Shown here piece by piece: positions 1 to 9,551 of a stretch of DNA of 64,000 nt. Numbering within the stretch: position 1 is the stretch's first letter; each line of letters begins with the position of its first letter. The stretch covers positions 27,356 through 91,355 of the forward strand of contig JBAMLY010000009.1 in NCBI GenBank assembly GCA_039794045.1, given 5' to 3'. The translations under genes were made by a program, and so were the position numbers. This stretch comes from Candidatus Micrarchaeia archaeon (GTDB taxonomy: Archaea; Micrarchaeota; Micrarchaeia; Norongarragalinales; UBA8480). The notes beneath the pieces were generated by a model. It searched no databases. It saw nothing but the letters and a program-made list of their open reading frames with translations, and was not told the DNA's origin.

Positions 1-36
1 AAAAAAACAAAAAAAAGAAAAAAAATGGTTTTTTCT

Positions 37-780
37 TTAGTTGTTGCCTAGAATTATTTGTGCGTCGAAGGTTGGGTTCCCTGAAACTTTCCAGCCCTCG
101 CCTTGAACGTCGTAGATCACCAAGCCGTTTTTGGCGTCAATGAATATCCAGCCGATTTCCTTGCCTGGGGCGAGCGAGTAGTCAACGTTGTTGCCGTAGT
201 AGGTAACGAGGTCTATCCTGAAAAAGTTGGAGGGCAAGGAGTAATTCTTGTCGTAGTAGTTCTGGTAAACCCAGCAAATGTCTTGGTTTGAACCAACTTT
301 TTTGTAACCGCACAAGTTAAAAACTTCGTCTTTTTTCGCGCTGCTCAACAGCATTGCCCATGGCATGGAGGGCACGAGCGAGTCTTGGTGAGCGAGAGTC
401 TTTTTTACTTGTTCCCCCGTTGACTTAATGCAGTAAAAGTCAATCCAGTTAAAGCGCTCTGGATAGAACCCGTAAGTTTTTTGCACGCAGTCACTCAAAG
501 AAGAATCGTTTTGTGCCGCCGAGTAGTAAGCGGGAATGTCCGAGTAATAATTTTTTCCTATCTTAAAAATGTAGGAAACATCTTTTCCTGCGGAAATGTC
601 AACTGCTTGCAAGGCAGTATTCACCGAGAAGTTCAAAGACAATTTTTTTTCTTGCTTCAAGAAAGGCATTTTAACGCGCGAAGCCATGCTGCCCTTCAAC
701 ATCAAGGGAGCTGCGGCTACGGCGCCCACAACCAAGGCAGCCACCAGCAAGACGGCCGCCAAACCAACATATCCCTTCAT
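37..780 (-). CDS. Hypothetical exported or membrane-anchored protein
   Basis: 247-aa ORF with an N-terminal MKG plus hydrophobic stretch and an aromatic/Cys-containing body. It is followed by a minus-strand T-run (A-run at 1-25). Confidence 0.7.
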   Translation of the reverse strand: MKGYVGLAAVLLVAALVVGAVAAAPLMLKGSMASRVKMPFLKQEKKLSLNFSVNTALQAVDISAGKDVSYIFKIGKNYYSDIPAYYSAAQNDSSLSDCVQKTYGFYPERFNWIDFYCIKSTGEQVKKTLAHQDSLVPSMPWAMLLSSAKKDEVFNLCGYKKVGSNQDICWVYQNYYDKNYSLPSNFFRIDLVTYYGNNVDYSLAPGKEIGWIFIDAKNGLVIYDVQGEGWKVSGNPTFDAQIILGNN

Positions 781-823
781 TAAATCCCCCCCTAAAAAGA
801 TTAACCACTTTTGGGTAGCAAAA

Positions 824-1486
824 TTAATGCTTTTTTCGATATTTAAAAGCTTGGGTTGGCTCTTTAGAGAGTAGTATAAAGACTTTTCTTTTCCTGGGGT
901 TTTTGGGGTTGTCGGTAACTATAGTGGTTTTGAAGCCGCGAGCGCGGAACGCCTTGCCGGCCTCGAGGGCTTCCTCTTCGCTGCGCGGATAAAATTGTAT
1001 CACTGCCTTGCCCCCGTGTTTGAGGACGCGCCAAAACTCGCTGGCAACTTTTTCAAGGTTTTCTTTGGCATTGCGCGCAGTAAGCCACTGGAGTGCAGAA
1101 ATTGATAATATTGCGTCAAAAGAGCGCGCGGGAAAAGGAATGCTTCGCAAGTCGCCCAAGCGCACGGCGAAGCCCTTCTTTTTCGCGTGTTCTAGTAAGT
1201 CGAGGACGGCGTCAAAGCCAGCAATTTTCTTGTAGCCTGCCTCGCGCAACACTTCAAGGGAAAAGCCGGCGCCGCAACCCGCGTCCAGCACTCGCCAGTC
1301 AAGCGGAAAGAGCGCGAGTTCAAGTGCTCTAAGCGTCAAGTTGTGCTGGATTTTCTTCATGGCGTTGCTTGAAGCATAGCGCGAAGCCTCGGCGCCCGAA
1401 TAATACGTTGCAACGTCGTAATGCTCGTCTTCGGGGCGCACGTGAAAAGACCGCCACGGCCCTTCAGCGCGGCGCTTCCGCTTCAC
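824..1486 (-). CDS. Class I SAM-dependent methyltransferase, Bud23/WBSCR22-like (putative SSU rRNA m7G methyltransferase)
   Basis: SAM motif VLDAGCGAG. Bud23-like blocks RPE..YY..EA.RY, IQ..LTLRALEL, FDAILSISALQWL and LKHGGKAVIQFYP. Confidence 0.85.
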   Translation of the reverse strand: MKRKRRAEGPWRSFHVRPEDEHYDVATYYSGAEASRYASSNAMKKIQHNLTLRALELALFPLDWRVLDAGCGAGFSLEVLREAGYKKIAGFDAVLDLLEHAKKKGFAVRLGDLRSIPFPARSFDAILSISALQWLTARNAKENLEKVASEFWRVLKHGGKAVIQFYPRSEEEALEAGKAFRARGFKTTIVTDNPKNPRKRKVFILLSKEPTQAFKYRKKH

Positions 1487-1491
1487 TTTAA

Positions 1492-2853
1492 TCAGCTCGT
1501 GGGCTTCGTAATCTTTAGTGAGCGCGCGAGCACTGCGGGAGTGACTGTGGGAGTGCTTGCTTCCCAGCTCTTTATTTGTTCTGCTTTTTTTCCGACTGCG
1601 ACGACGGACTCCAAGAGGTTCTGCATTGACTCGCTTACGCGCAAGTGCTTTACCGCGCCCGTGATCTCACCGTTTTCTATCAAGAACAAGCCGTCGCGTG
1701 GAATAGTGGAAAAGTCTCCAGAAGAATAGTTTTGAAAGCGAGTATACCAAACATTTGTAATGTAGAGGCCGTGCCTTGCCTCGGAAACCATTTCTTCTTC
1801 ACTCCACTCTCCCTCGCGCAAGACGAGGTTCCAAGCGCGTGGCACAACGATTCCAGCGTTGCCCGTGGTCTTGGCCTTGAAGCGCTTTGCAGTGGAAGTG
1901 TTGTGGAGGAAAGTCTTGAACACTCCTTCTTCTATTAAAGTAGTTCGGCGAGTTGGCACGCCTTCCGCGTCGAAGAGCGCAGAATCGTAGCCGTTCGACA
2001 GCCGGCCGTCGTCGTAGAAGTTTACGTTCTCGCTCGCAACTTTTTCTCCTGTCTTGCCTGTTAGGAAGGAAAAGCCTGACTCGGCAGAAAAAGCGGAAGC
2101 AGCTGCGCCCACTTCATTCAACAAGCAAGCGAAAGCCAGGGAATCAAAGACTACGTCGTAATTGCCTGGCTTGCCTTCCACGGCTTTCCGGGAGTCAACC
2201 GCAACTCTTGCAGCGCGCTCGGCAACGCCTTCAAAATCTATTTTGGAGAGCGTCCTGGAAGCGCCTACCTTGTGTCCCGAGCCTTCCCCTGCTATGGCGC
2301 GAAAAGAAAAATACGCTGTGGTTCCTTGCTCTTGCGCTTCCACTCCGCCAGACGTTGCAAGAAAGCGTTTTTCCTCGTCCCACTCGAATACTCCTGCGCA
2401 CCTCTTAGCTCCAGCAGCCAAGGCAGCGTTAATGGCTCCTTCCACTAAGTCAACCGACTTTTCTTGAAGAGAAGGAATTTTCTTGTCGTGAAAGGCTTCT
2501 ATGGGCGCGTAAGAGAAAGGTCCTTCAGCTATGCCGCCGTAGTTCTTGTTTGGTTCCACTGAAGAAGCGAACTTAAGCAATTCCTTGACTGCGGCAGCGG
2601 CGCGGTCACCTGAAACGTCGCGCAACGAAGTAGAGGCAGTGCGCCCCTCTTTCGCCACGAAAGCTGAAATCGCGGTTGCTGCTTCGCTGCCGGTTTTGAC
2701 TATTTTGTTGTTCGCGAACTTGAGTTGACGCGATGAAACTCTAGCGACTTCCACTACTGCGTCGTCAGCTCCATCCTTTAAAAGCAAGTCACGCAGTGAC
2801 GCAGCAAGTTCAAGGAATTCTTCTTTTTCCGCGGTTTTCTTCAATGCAATCAC
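1492..2853 (-). CDS. tldE: TldE/PmbA family protein
   Basis: FDAEGVPT, NTSTAKRF..TTGNAG and GDFSTIPRDG motifs; no HExxxH; overlaps the tldD stop. Confidence 0.9.
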   Translation of the reverse strand: MIALKKTAEKEEFLELAASLRDLLLKDGADDAVVEVARVSSRQLKFANNKIVKTGSEAATAISAFVAKEGRTASTSLRDVSGDRAAAAVKELLKFASSVEPNKNYGGIAEGPFSYAPIEAFHDKKIPSLQEKSVDLVEGAINAALAAGAKRCAGVFEWDEEKRFLATSGGVEAQEQGTTAYFSFRAIAGEGSGHKVGASRTLSKIDFEGVAERAARVAVDSRKAVEGKPGNYDVVFDSLAFACLLNEVGAAASAFSAESGFSFLTGKTGEKVASENVNFYDDGRLSNGYDSALFDAEGVPTRRTTLIEEGVFKTFLHNTSTAKRFKAKTTGNAGIVVPRAWNLVLREGEWSEEEMVSEARHGLYITNVWYTRFQNYSSGDFSTIPRDGLFLIENGEITGAVKHLRVSESMQNLLESVVAVGKKAEQIKSWEASTPTVTPAVLARSLKITKPTS

Positions 2854-4271
2854 TTTCCAAGCTTTATTGAACGCAACCTAATGGATGGCCCGCCAGTGAA
2901 GACCGGAATTCCCTGCATTGGCTCTCCTTTACCGCAAGTTGCAGCCTGAAACTCTAAGTTGCAGGCCACGGCGTCAACCGAGCTCCATAACTCCTTCGTA
3001 GTAATTTCAAGCACGGGGCGAGCGACTGGAGTCGTTAACTCACCGTCTTCCACTAAGTAGGCTTCGTTGCCCACGTAGCGCTGCTGGTAGCGGACGTCGT
3101 CAATGTTCCACTCCATGAAGTTCTTAAAGTAAACTCCGAGCTTCACGTCCTCAAGCAGTTCCTCTTCCGAAAAACTGCCGGGCTCCACGAAAGTATTGCT
3201 CATTCGCACCATTGGCTCGACGCTGTAAAAGTTGGCGCGCGCGCACCCATTGCTTTTCAGCTTCATTGCAGCTGCCGTCTCGCGGTTATGCAAGAACTCC
3301 TTAATCACTCCTTTTTCCACGGTGCGCTTTTTTCTCGCCTTGACTCCCTCGTCGTCGTAGAAAACGAAGCCAAAACTGCCTGGAAGGGTTGGGTCGTCGG
3401 CGATGTTAACTTCACTGCTTCCAATTCTGAAGCCAGTCATGTCTTTTTTCACGAACGACTCGCCAGCTTGAGCTGCTTCCCTGCCGAAAATGCGGTCGGC
3501 CTCGTAAGGATGACCGCCGCTCTCGTGCGCGGCAATGCCCGTAACTTCCGGCGCGAGAATCACGTCCACTTTCTCGGTTGGTGGCTGCCTGGCTTCAACC
3601 AAGTTTTTCTTGAGTGCTTTCGCCTCGCGCGCTATCGCTTGCTCGAGCTTCCATTCTGCAAGGCACTCGTAGCCCGTGGTAGCACCGAATTGAGTGAACC
3701 GCTGAATGGTTTTCGCGCCTTCCGCTATAGTAAAAGAATAAAACAAGTTAACGTACGGGATTTCAGAGCGAATACGCGAACCCTCAGAGTTGCAGTAAAA
3801 CTTTGAAAGCAGTTCATCCGAGAGGCTGAAGTAACGCGCAACAACTCCGCTCGCAGCGGAAACTAGTGCCTCGTCAACGCTCTTGAGGGCAGCGAGCTTT
3901 TCTTCGGCTCCAAAGTCGGCGAGCTTCTTTTTTTGTGGTGCCTTGAAGTCAGCGCGCGCTGACTTTTCCTCGGAAAAAATGGTTTTCTCGCAGGCCCGGG
4001 AAGAAGCACGAGTTATTGAGAGCGCAGCATCTAGTTCCTCGCGCACTCCTTCTTTGGAGAGCTTGCTTACAGCAGCTAGTCCAAGTGCTCCGTTGACGAC
4101 GAAGCGCACCCCCATTCCAGCCGCGCTAGTTATTTCGGCTGATTCCGGAACTCCGTTCTTCAACAGGAAGCCATTGCCTGCACGGTGCTCGAGTCGCACT
4201 TCAGCGTAAGAAGCTCCCTTCGACAAAGCGTATTCCAACGCGTATTCCGCTATTTCTTCCTGCAATTCCAT
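2850..4271 (-). CDS. tldD: TldD family metalloprotease
   Basis: HESGGHPYEAD zinc motif, YDDEGV, RMSNTF and C-terminal CGKGEPMQ..PV..GGP. Confidence 0.93.
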   Translation of the reverse strand: MELQEEIAEYALEYALSKGASYAEVRLEHRAGNGFLLKNGVPESAEITSAAGMGVRFVVNGALGLAAVSKLSKEGVREELDAALSITRASSRACEKTIFSEEKSARADFKAPQKKKLADFGAEEKLAALKSVDEALVSAASGVVARYFSLSDELLSKFYCNSEGSRIRSEIPYVNLFYSFTIAEGAKTIQRFTQFGATTGYECLAEWKLEQAIAREAKALKKNLVEARQPPTEKVDVILAPEVTGIAAHESGGHPYEADRIFGREAAQAGESFVKKDMTGFRIGSSEVNIADDPTLPGSFGFVFYDDEGVKARKKRTVEKGVIKEFLHNRETAAAMKLKSNGCARANFYSVEPMVRMSNTFVEPGSFSEEELLEDVKLGVYFKNFMEWNIDDVRYQQRYVGNEAYLVEDGELTTPVARPVLEITTKELWSSVDAVACNLEFQAATCGKGEPMQGIPVFTGGPSIRLRSIKLGK

Positions 4272-4398
4272 TCTTCATTCCCGAAAGTAACAATAGTTGA
4301 AACGAGTATTATTAAGCGAAAACCAATATAAATAAGAATGCCGATAAGTCTTCAACGACTCTTTCTGGGTCAGTGAAATTAAAGGACAGTGGTTGCAA

Positions 4399-4686
4399 AT
4401 GAAGATAAGCGACTTGAAGCCCGGCACGGGAAACGTTGACGTGAAAGCGGAAATAATCAACATAGAAGAACCACGCGAAATAAACAAGAACGGACGCGTT
4501 CTCCGCGTGGCCAACGCAACGCTGAAAGACGCTTCCGGCACGATAATGCTGGTCCTCTGGAACGACGACATAGACAAAGTCCAGGCAGGAAACGTGGTAC
4601 ACATAACTAATGGTTACGTGAACAGCTGGCAAGACAAAGCCCAACTCACGCTCGGCAAGTTCGGCAAAATGGAAGTAATGGAGTAA
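4399..4686 (+). CDS. Single OB-fold ssDNA-binding protein (archaeal SSB/RPA-like)
   Basis: MKISDLKPG..NVDV, VANATLKDASGTI.LVLW and ITNGYV..W....QLTLGKFG are typical of single-OB SSBs. Confidence 0.88.
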   Translation: MKISDLKPGTGNVDVKAEIINIEEPREINKNGRVLRVANATLKDASGTIMLVLWNDDIDKVQAGNVVHITNGYVNSWQDKAQLTLGKFGKMEVME

Positions 4687-4716
4687 GCCTGCTGAAACCA
4701 AGCAAAAAGCCGAGTG

Positions 4717-5352
4717 CTAGAGCGACGAACGCGAGAACTCAAGCTCTTTCTTTAAATCCTTGGAAGGCAGGCCGTGCCCCGCGCAAACGAGGCGCGCGCC
4801 GCTGCACTCTTTCTCTATCTTGCCCCACGAGCGCAGCAGTGACTCGCGAGAGCCACCGCAGAAGATCCTCGGCACTCCTCCTACAAATAAAGTATCCCCA
4901 CAAAAGAGAGTCCTCATTTTCAATTCATAAAAACAAACCGCGTCATCGGTGTGGCCGGGCGTGAAAATCACGTTTAAATTAATTCCCTCGATTTCTTGCC
5001 TTTCCTCTTTTAAGACCGCATACTTTTTGCAAGGAAGAGGGGGCACGCCGAACAAGTCGAAAGCAGTTTCGCTTGCTTTCCCGGCACCCAGCCTCTCCAC
5101 TGCTTTGGGGTGCGCGTGCACTAACGCGTGCGGAAAAAAGCGGGCGTTGGAAGAATGGTCTGCATGCGAGTGAGTCAAAAGAATAGCTTTCACTTGCCGT
5201 GCTCGCGTTCCAGCTTCGCGCAGTTCTTCTTCTAGTTCGCCGCGGCTTGAAAGCCCGGGGTCCACGAGAACCCTGCCTTCCACGAGGAACGCGTTGCTGG
5301 ACGGCTCAGGCAATTCAAGCAAGAAAATCCCTTGGGCTAATTTCAGCGCCAT
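4717..5352 (-). CDS. MBL-fold metallo-hydrolase (glyoxalase II-like)
   Basis: THSHADH, TPGHT, GDTLF and AGHG motifs. Confidence 0.9.
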   Translation of the reverse strand: MALKLAQGIFLLELPEPSSNAFLVEGRVLVDPGLSSRGELEEELREAGTRARQVKAILLTHSHADHSSNARFFPHALVHAHPKAVERLGAGKASETAFDLFGVPPLPCKKYAVLKEERQEIEGINLNVIFTPGHTDDAVCFYELKMRTLFCGDTLFVGGVPRIFCGGSRESLLRSWGKIEKECSGARLVCAGHGLPSKDLKKELEFSRSSL

Positions 5353-5389
5353 GACAAAATATTAATGCCTCCTTGAATTAAAAGAATTC

Positions 5390-6529
5390 ATGGCCTTGTT
5401 CAAGCACGCTACTGAAAACAACGTCATACGCGACGAGCGCCCCCTCCTGCCAGACTACTTGCCGCCCCAAGTACTGCACCGCGAAACGCAGATCAAGGAA
5501 ATGGCTCTCGCTTTAGAGCCAGCTGCAAGCGGCAGAAAGCCGCGCAGCGTCATAGCCTACGGCCCAACTGGAACAGGCAAAACCACTTGCACGCGCTACG
5601 TCTTAAAGGAACTACAAGAGTTTTCCTCGCGAGTCCTCCCCATTTACGTGAACTGCTGGCAGAACAACACCAGGCACGCCGTGCTCTCGCGAATGGCTGA
5701 AGCGCTGGGCGCGGCAATGCCTCGTCGCGGCGTCGCCGTAGACGAAGTCTTGAACCGCGTAATGGAGTACGCCAAGAAAGACGACCGCACGCTGATAGCC
5801 GCGCTCGACGAAGTAGACTTCTTGTTTTACAAGGGAGAACAAAGCGTTTTCTATGATTTGAGCCGCAGCGGAGAAATTCACGGCGTAAACTTGGGCGTTG
5901 TGAGCTTAACGAACAACGCATCTTTGTTAAGCGAGTTTGACGCGCGCATTCGCAGTTCGTTCGCTGGAGTCGCAATAGAATTCAAGCCGTACAATCCCCT
6001 TCAACTCAAAGACATTTTGCGCGAGCGCGCGAAACTCGCTTTGTTCCCGCAAGCCTGGGAAGAGGAAGCAATAGCGCTTTGCGCTGCACACGCCGCAAAA
6101 CTCGGCGGGGACGCGCGCGTGGCGATAGAGTGCTTCTTGAATGCTGCGAGGAACGCTGAACGCGAGAACAAGAAGAAAGTTGAAGCCGAGGACGCGCGCA
6201 AGGCATTCGAAGCGACGGCAGCAAAGAAAATAGCGTTGGAAGAGCTTCCCGCCGCGCCGTTTTCACAGCAGAGAAAAAATTTTTTGGAGTCGGGTTTGAG
6301 CGATGGAGAAAAAATGGTGGTGAGCCTGCTCTCTGAAGCCAGCGCGAAAGGAATAACTTCCGGGGAATTATACGAGAAAGCGAGAAAGAAAATGCCTGGA
6401 ATAACAGACCGTTCGCTGCGCAACTACGTTTGCGTGCTGGAAAAAAAAGGTTTAGTGAAAGCAGTTGAAGTGGATGGGAGGACTGCTGGATTGAGTGGCG
6501 GGCGAACGCGGCTCTTAAAACTCGCGTGA
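5390..6529 (+). CDS. cdc6: Orc1/Cdc6 family replication initiator
   Basis: PDYLP..VLHRE, Walker A GPTGTGKT, YVNC, Walker B LDEVD, GDARVAI and a C-terminal winged helix. Confidence 0.92.
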   Translation: MALFKHATENNVIRDERPLLPDYLPPQVLHRETQIKEMALALEPAASGRKPRSVIAYGPTGTGKTTCTRYVLKELQEFSSRVLPIYVNCWQNNTRHAVLSRMAEALGAAMPRRGVAVDEVLNRVMEYAKKDDRTLIAALDEVDFLFYKGEQSVFYDLSRSGEIHGVNLGVVSLTNNASLLSEFDARIRSSFAGVAIEFKPYNPLQLKDILRERAKLALFPQAWEEEAIALCAAHAAKLGGDARVAIECFLNAARNAERENKKKVEAEDARKAFEATAAKKIALEELPAAPFSQQRKNFLESGLSDGEKMVVSLLSEASAKGITSGELYEKARKKMPGITDRSLRNYVCVLEKKGLVKAVEVDGRTAGLSGGRTRLLKLA

Positions 6530-7083
6530 ATAAAGGAGGGACTGCTTTGAAGAAAGTGGTTTTCAAGGGAACAGAGTTTTCGAGCGAGAAAGGAGACTTG
6601 ACTCAATTCAAGGCAGACGCCATCGTCAATCCAGCTAACTCTCGCGGCGAAATGGGGGGCGGCGTTGCCGGTGCTTTAAAGCGCGCAGGCGGCGCCAGAA
6701 TAGAAGAAGACGCGATGGCAGCCGCGCCAATAAAAATAGGTTGCGCGGTTGCAACGAGCGCGGGCGCGTTGAATGCTCGCTTCGTAATCCACGCTCCAAC
6801 AATGAGCTTGCCAGCGCAGAAGACTAACGCTAAGGCAGTTGACTTGGCTGTCGCAGCCGCTCTCTCAAAGGCTGCCGAGCTCGGCGTGGAAAGCATTGCC
6901 TTTCCTGGAATGGGGACTGGCGTTGGAGGAGTTTCTGCCAGGGAAGCCACGAACACTATGGTTGCAGCAGCAAAGTTTTTCGTCTCACGAAAAAAAAGCG
7001 GCTTGAAAAAAATTTTTTTCGTGGCGTTTGACGACGAGTTAGAAAAAGCTTTTGACGCGGCGATGGAGAGGCTGCTGCGCTAA
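6526..7083 (+). CDS. Macro domain (ADP-ribose-binding/hydrolase) protein
   Basis: GDLT..KADAIVNPAN..G.MGGGVAGA, VIHAPT and SIAFPGMGTGVGG. Confidence 0.93.
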   Translation: MNKGGTALKKVVFKGTEFSSEKGDLTQFKADAIVNPANSRGEMGGGVAGALKRAGGARIEEDAMAAAPIKIGCAVATSAGALNARFVIHAPTMSLPAQKTNAKAVDLAVAAALSKAAELGVESIAFPGMGTGVGGVSAREATNTMVAAAKFFVSRKKSGLKKIFFVAFDDELEKAFDAAMERLLR

Positions 7084-7098
7084 CTGCCTTCAATGCCT

Positions 7099-8283
7099 TC
7101 AACGCGCGCTAACTATTTTCACGATGTCTCCGTCATTCAAAGGCTTTTCCTTGCCTATCCTCATTTGCGTTCTCGCGTCAACAGCGTAAAGAAATCCTTT
7201 CGCTAAGTCGGAGTGAATCTGGGCAGCCAAGTCCAGAGCAGTGCTTCCCCTGCGCAGCAACACCGCGTCAGGCAAGACGTTCCCGAAGTGGTCTGAAAAG
7301 TGTTTCTCGTCTTCCACTGGATAAACAACGATGCAGTCCAACAACTTGAAGACAGCATAGTTCAATATTTTTTGAACTCCAGTGCAACCCCATTTTTTAA
7401 GCACAACGTCATCTATTTTGTTCAAGGCGGTCTTCAAGCGCGCGTCGGCGTCGTGCTTTACTAACTCGAAGGACTGCCTGCCGTCGGCAGAATATCTTGT
7501 CTTGATTATTCCTTTTTCTTCGGCGCGCCGCAAAGCGAGTTCTGCGTCCGCAGCAACGGGAACTATCTCGCAACCAGAAAAAGCCTTCCTCAAAAGCTCC
7601 ACGTTTTTTTCGGCGAACGGAGAATCTGCCTTGTTTGCGGCAACCACGAAGGGCTTCGTTGCCTTGCGTAGTTCTCTTCCCAGTAAAAGAAAATCGCTTG
7701 AATTCCACGAGGAAAAATTTTCGTTCAAGGAAAGTTTTTCGGTTGCGCGCTTGAACAAGTCTGGAGTGACGCGGAGCCCGGAAAGGGCTTGCGCGAGCTC
7801 GGCTTGCTTCTTGCCCTTCAACTTTGCTGCGTTACGCTGAATTACTCCCGCGAACCAGTAATCGAGTTCTTCTTCAAGGAATGAAACGTCGCGCGAGGGG
7901 TCGTGCGTTCCAGGCTCTACTGCGACTCCTTCGTCGTCAGTTCCGCCGCTAGCGTCCACTACGAGTATCAAGGCGTCGGCGGAGCTCAAGTCGCTCAAGA
8001 ACTGGTTGCCGCGCCCTCGTCCTTCATGCGCGCCTGGCACGAGGCCGGCAACGTCTAAAACATTCACTGGAATCAAGCGCGTTCCCTCAACGCACTTGCT
8101 GTTGCGGGGACTGCATTTTACGCCTAATTGCACGTGCGGGCAGGGCGCGGAAACAAACGCTATTCCTTTGTTGGGGTTGATGGTAGTGAAGGGGTAGTTA
8201 GCCATGGGAGCGCCAGCCAACGTGAGGGCATTGAAGAGCGTGCTCTTGCCAACGTTTGCTTTGCCGACTATGCCGATAAACAT
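7099..8283 (-). CDS. ychF: YchF/Obg-family translation-associated GTPase with TGS domain
   Basis: GKANVGKST, NYPFTTI, DVAGLVPGAHEGRG.GNQFL, ANKAD and a C-terminal TGS domain. Start placed at the ATG of MFIGIVGK. Confidence 0.93.
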   Translation of the reverse strand: MFIGIVGKANVGKSTLFNALTLAGAPMANYPFTTINPNKGIAFVSAPCPHVQLGVKCSPRNSKCVEGTRLIPVNVLDVAGLVPGAHEGRGRGNQFLSDLSSADALILVVDASGGTDDEGVAVEPGTHDPSRDVSFLEEELDYWFAGVIQRNAAKLKGKKQAELAQALSGLRVTPDLFKRATEKLSLNENFSSWNSSDFLLLGRELRKATKPFVVAANKADSPFAEKNVELLRKAFSGCEIVPVAADAELALRRAEEKGIIKTRYSADGRQSFELVKHDADARLKTALNKIDDVVLKKWGCTGVQKILNYAVFKLLDCIVVYPVEDEKHFSDHFGNVLPDAVLLRRGSTALDLAAQIHSDLAKGFLYAVDARTQMRIGKEKPLNDGDIVKIVSAR

Positions 8284-8360
8284 GTTTTCGCCGCAGGTGA
8301 ATGAAACGCAAGAATTTTTGTCGCGCAACCAATATTAAACTAGCCGCAGAAAAAAATTGC

Positions 8361-9551
8361 ATGAAGCGCGGAACGCGTCCCCTGCTTTGGTGCGAGAAGC
8401 ACTGCCCTTCCTCGTTGGAAGAGTTCGCGGGCAACCAATCCGCAAAAGACGAAGTAAAAAAGTGGGCGCTTAACCTCTCGCGTGGAAAGCGCGTCAAGCC
8501 CCTCTTAGTCTACGGCCCTCCCGGCATAGGCAAGACTGCTTTGGCTTACGCGCTCGCGGCTGAAATGGGTTGGGAAGTGGTTGAAACTAACGCTTCGGAC
8601 TTGCGTGACTCGGAGACAATGCATAAACTGGTAGGAATAAGTTCTTCTTCGACTAGCTTTTTCGGCAACACGCGCTTGCTCTTGTTCGACGAAGTAGACG
8701 GAGCTTTCGACAGGGGCGAAATCCCTGAAATGATTAGGATTGTACGCGAGTCAACCCAACCAGTAATGCTTTTAGCCAATGACGCATGGCAACAAAAACT
8801 AGCTCCGTTGCGCGCGCTTTGCTCGTTGTTGGAAATGAGGAAAGTCAATTCTGCGAGCGTGCTTGAAGTACTCGAGCGAATCGCCTCGGCAGAGGGCGTC
8901 GAGTGCCCCTTCCTGTCAGAGATAGCAAGGAACTGCAACGGGGACTTGAGGAGCGCCATAAATGACTTGCAAGCCAACTGCACGGGTGGCGCAGAACTAG
9001 TTTCCACTCCTGCGCGAGACAGGGAGAAAAACGTGTTCGACGCAGTGAAAACTGTTTTTAAGGCTTCTTCTTTCCAGGAAGCAGTTCTCGCAGCCGAAAA
9101 CGTTGACGTTGACTTGAACCTCTTCGTAAAGTGGCTGGAAGAAAACGTTGCCGTGGAATACGAGGACGCCGGAGAAGTCGCGAGAGCGCTTGACTGGCTT
9201 TCGCGTGGCGCGGTCTTCGAGGCAAGAATAAAGAAAAGCCAGGACTATTCTTTGTTGAAGTACATTCGCAGCGTTTCGTTGGCTGGAGTGGCTTTAAGCA
9301 AGAAAGCGCCTTACCCGAAATTCGTTAAGTATTCTTTCCCTTCCTCAATAAAGTCGCTTAGCTCAAGCATGAAGAGCAGGAGCTTGCTTAAGTCCGCGGC
9401 GCTTAAAGTAGCTGCGGCGACGCACTCGAGTTCCAGGGAAGCGCGCACGGCGTTCATTCCCTTGCTTGGAGGAGCTAAGGGGGCCGCGAAGTACTTCAAG
9501 TTCACTGAAGACGAAGAAGTCGCTGTAAGGGAAGCCACGCGCAGGAACTAA
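8361..9551 (+). CDS. rfcL: Replication factor C large subunit
   Basis: W.EKH.P, GPPGIGKT, ETNASDLR, DEVDG and GDLRSAINDLQ. Confidence 0.92.
   Translation: MKRGTRPLLWCEKHCPSSLEEFAGNQSAKDEVKKWALNLSRGKRVKPLLVYGPPGIGKTALAYALAAEMGWEVVETNASDLRDSETMHKLVGISSSSTSFFGNTRLLLFDEVDGAFDRGEIPEMIRIVRESTQPVMLLANDAWQQKLAPLRALCSLLEMRKVNSASVLEVLERIASAEGVECPFLSEIARNCNGDLRSAINDLQANCTGGAELVSTPARDREKNVFDAVKTVFKASSFQEAVLAAENVDVDLNLFVKWLEENVAVEYEDAGEVARALDWLSRGAVFEARIKKSQDYSLLKYIRSVSLAGVALSKKAPYPKFVKYSFPSSIKSLSSSMKSRSLLKSAALKVAAATHSSSREARTAFIPLLGGAKGAAKYFKFTEDEEVAVREATRRN

Noticed and set aside
1492..4271. TldD/TldE plus methyltransferase as a RiPP biosynthetic cluster
   Set aside because: No precursor peptide, YcaO or other maturase is visible, and TldDE pairs are widespread.
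5353..5389. Replication origin next to cdc6
   Set aside because: The intergenic space is only 37 bp, with no ORB-like repeats or G-string visible. It fits a divergent promoter.
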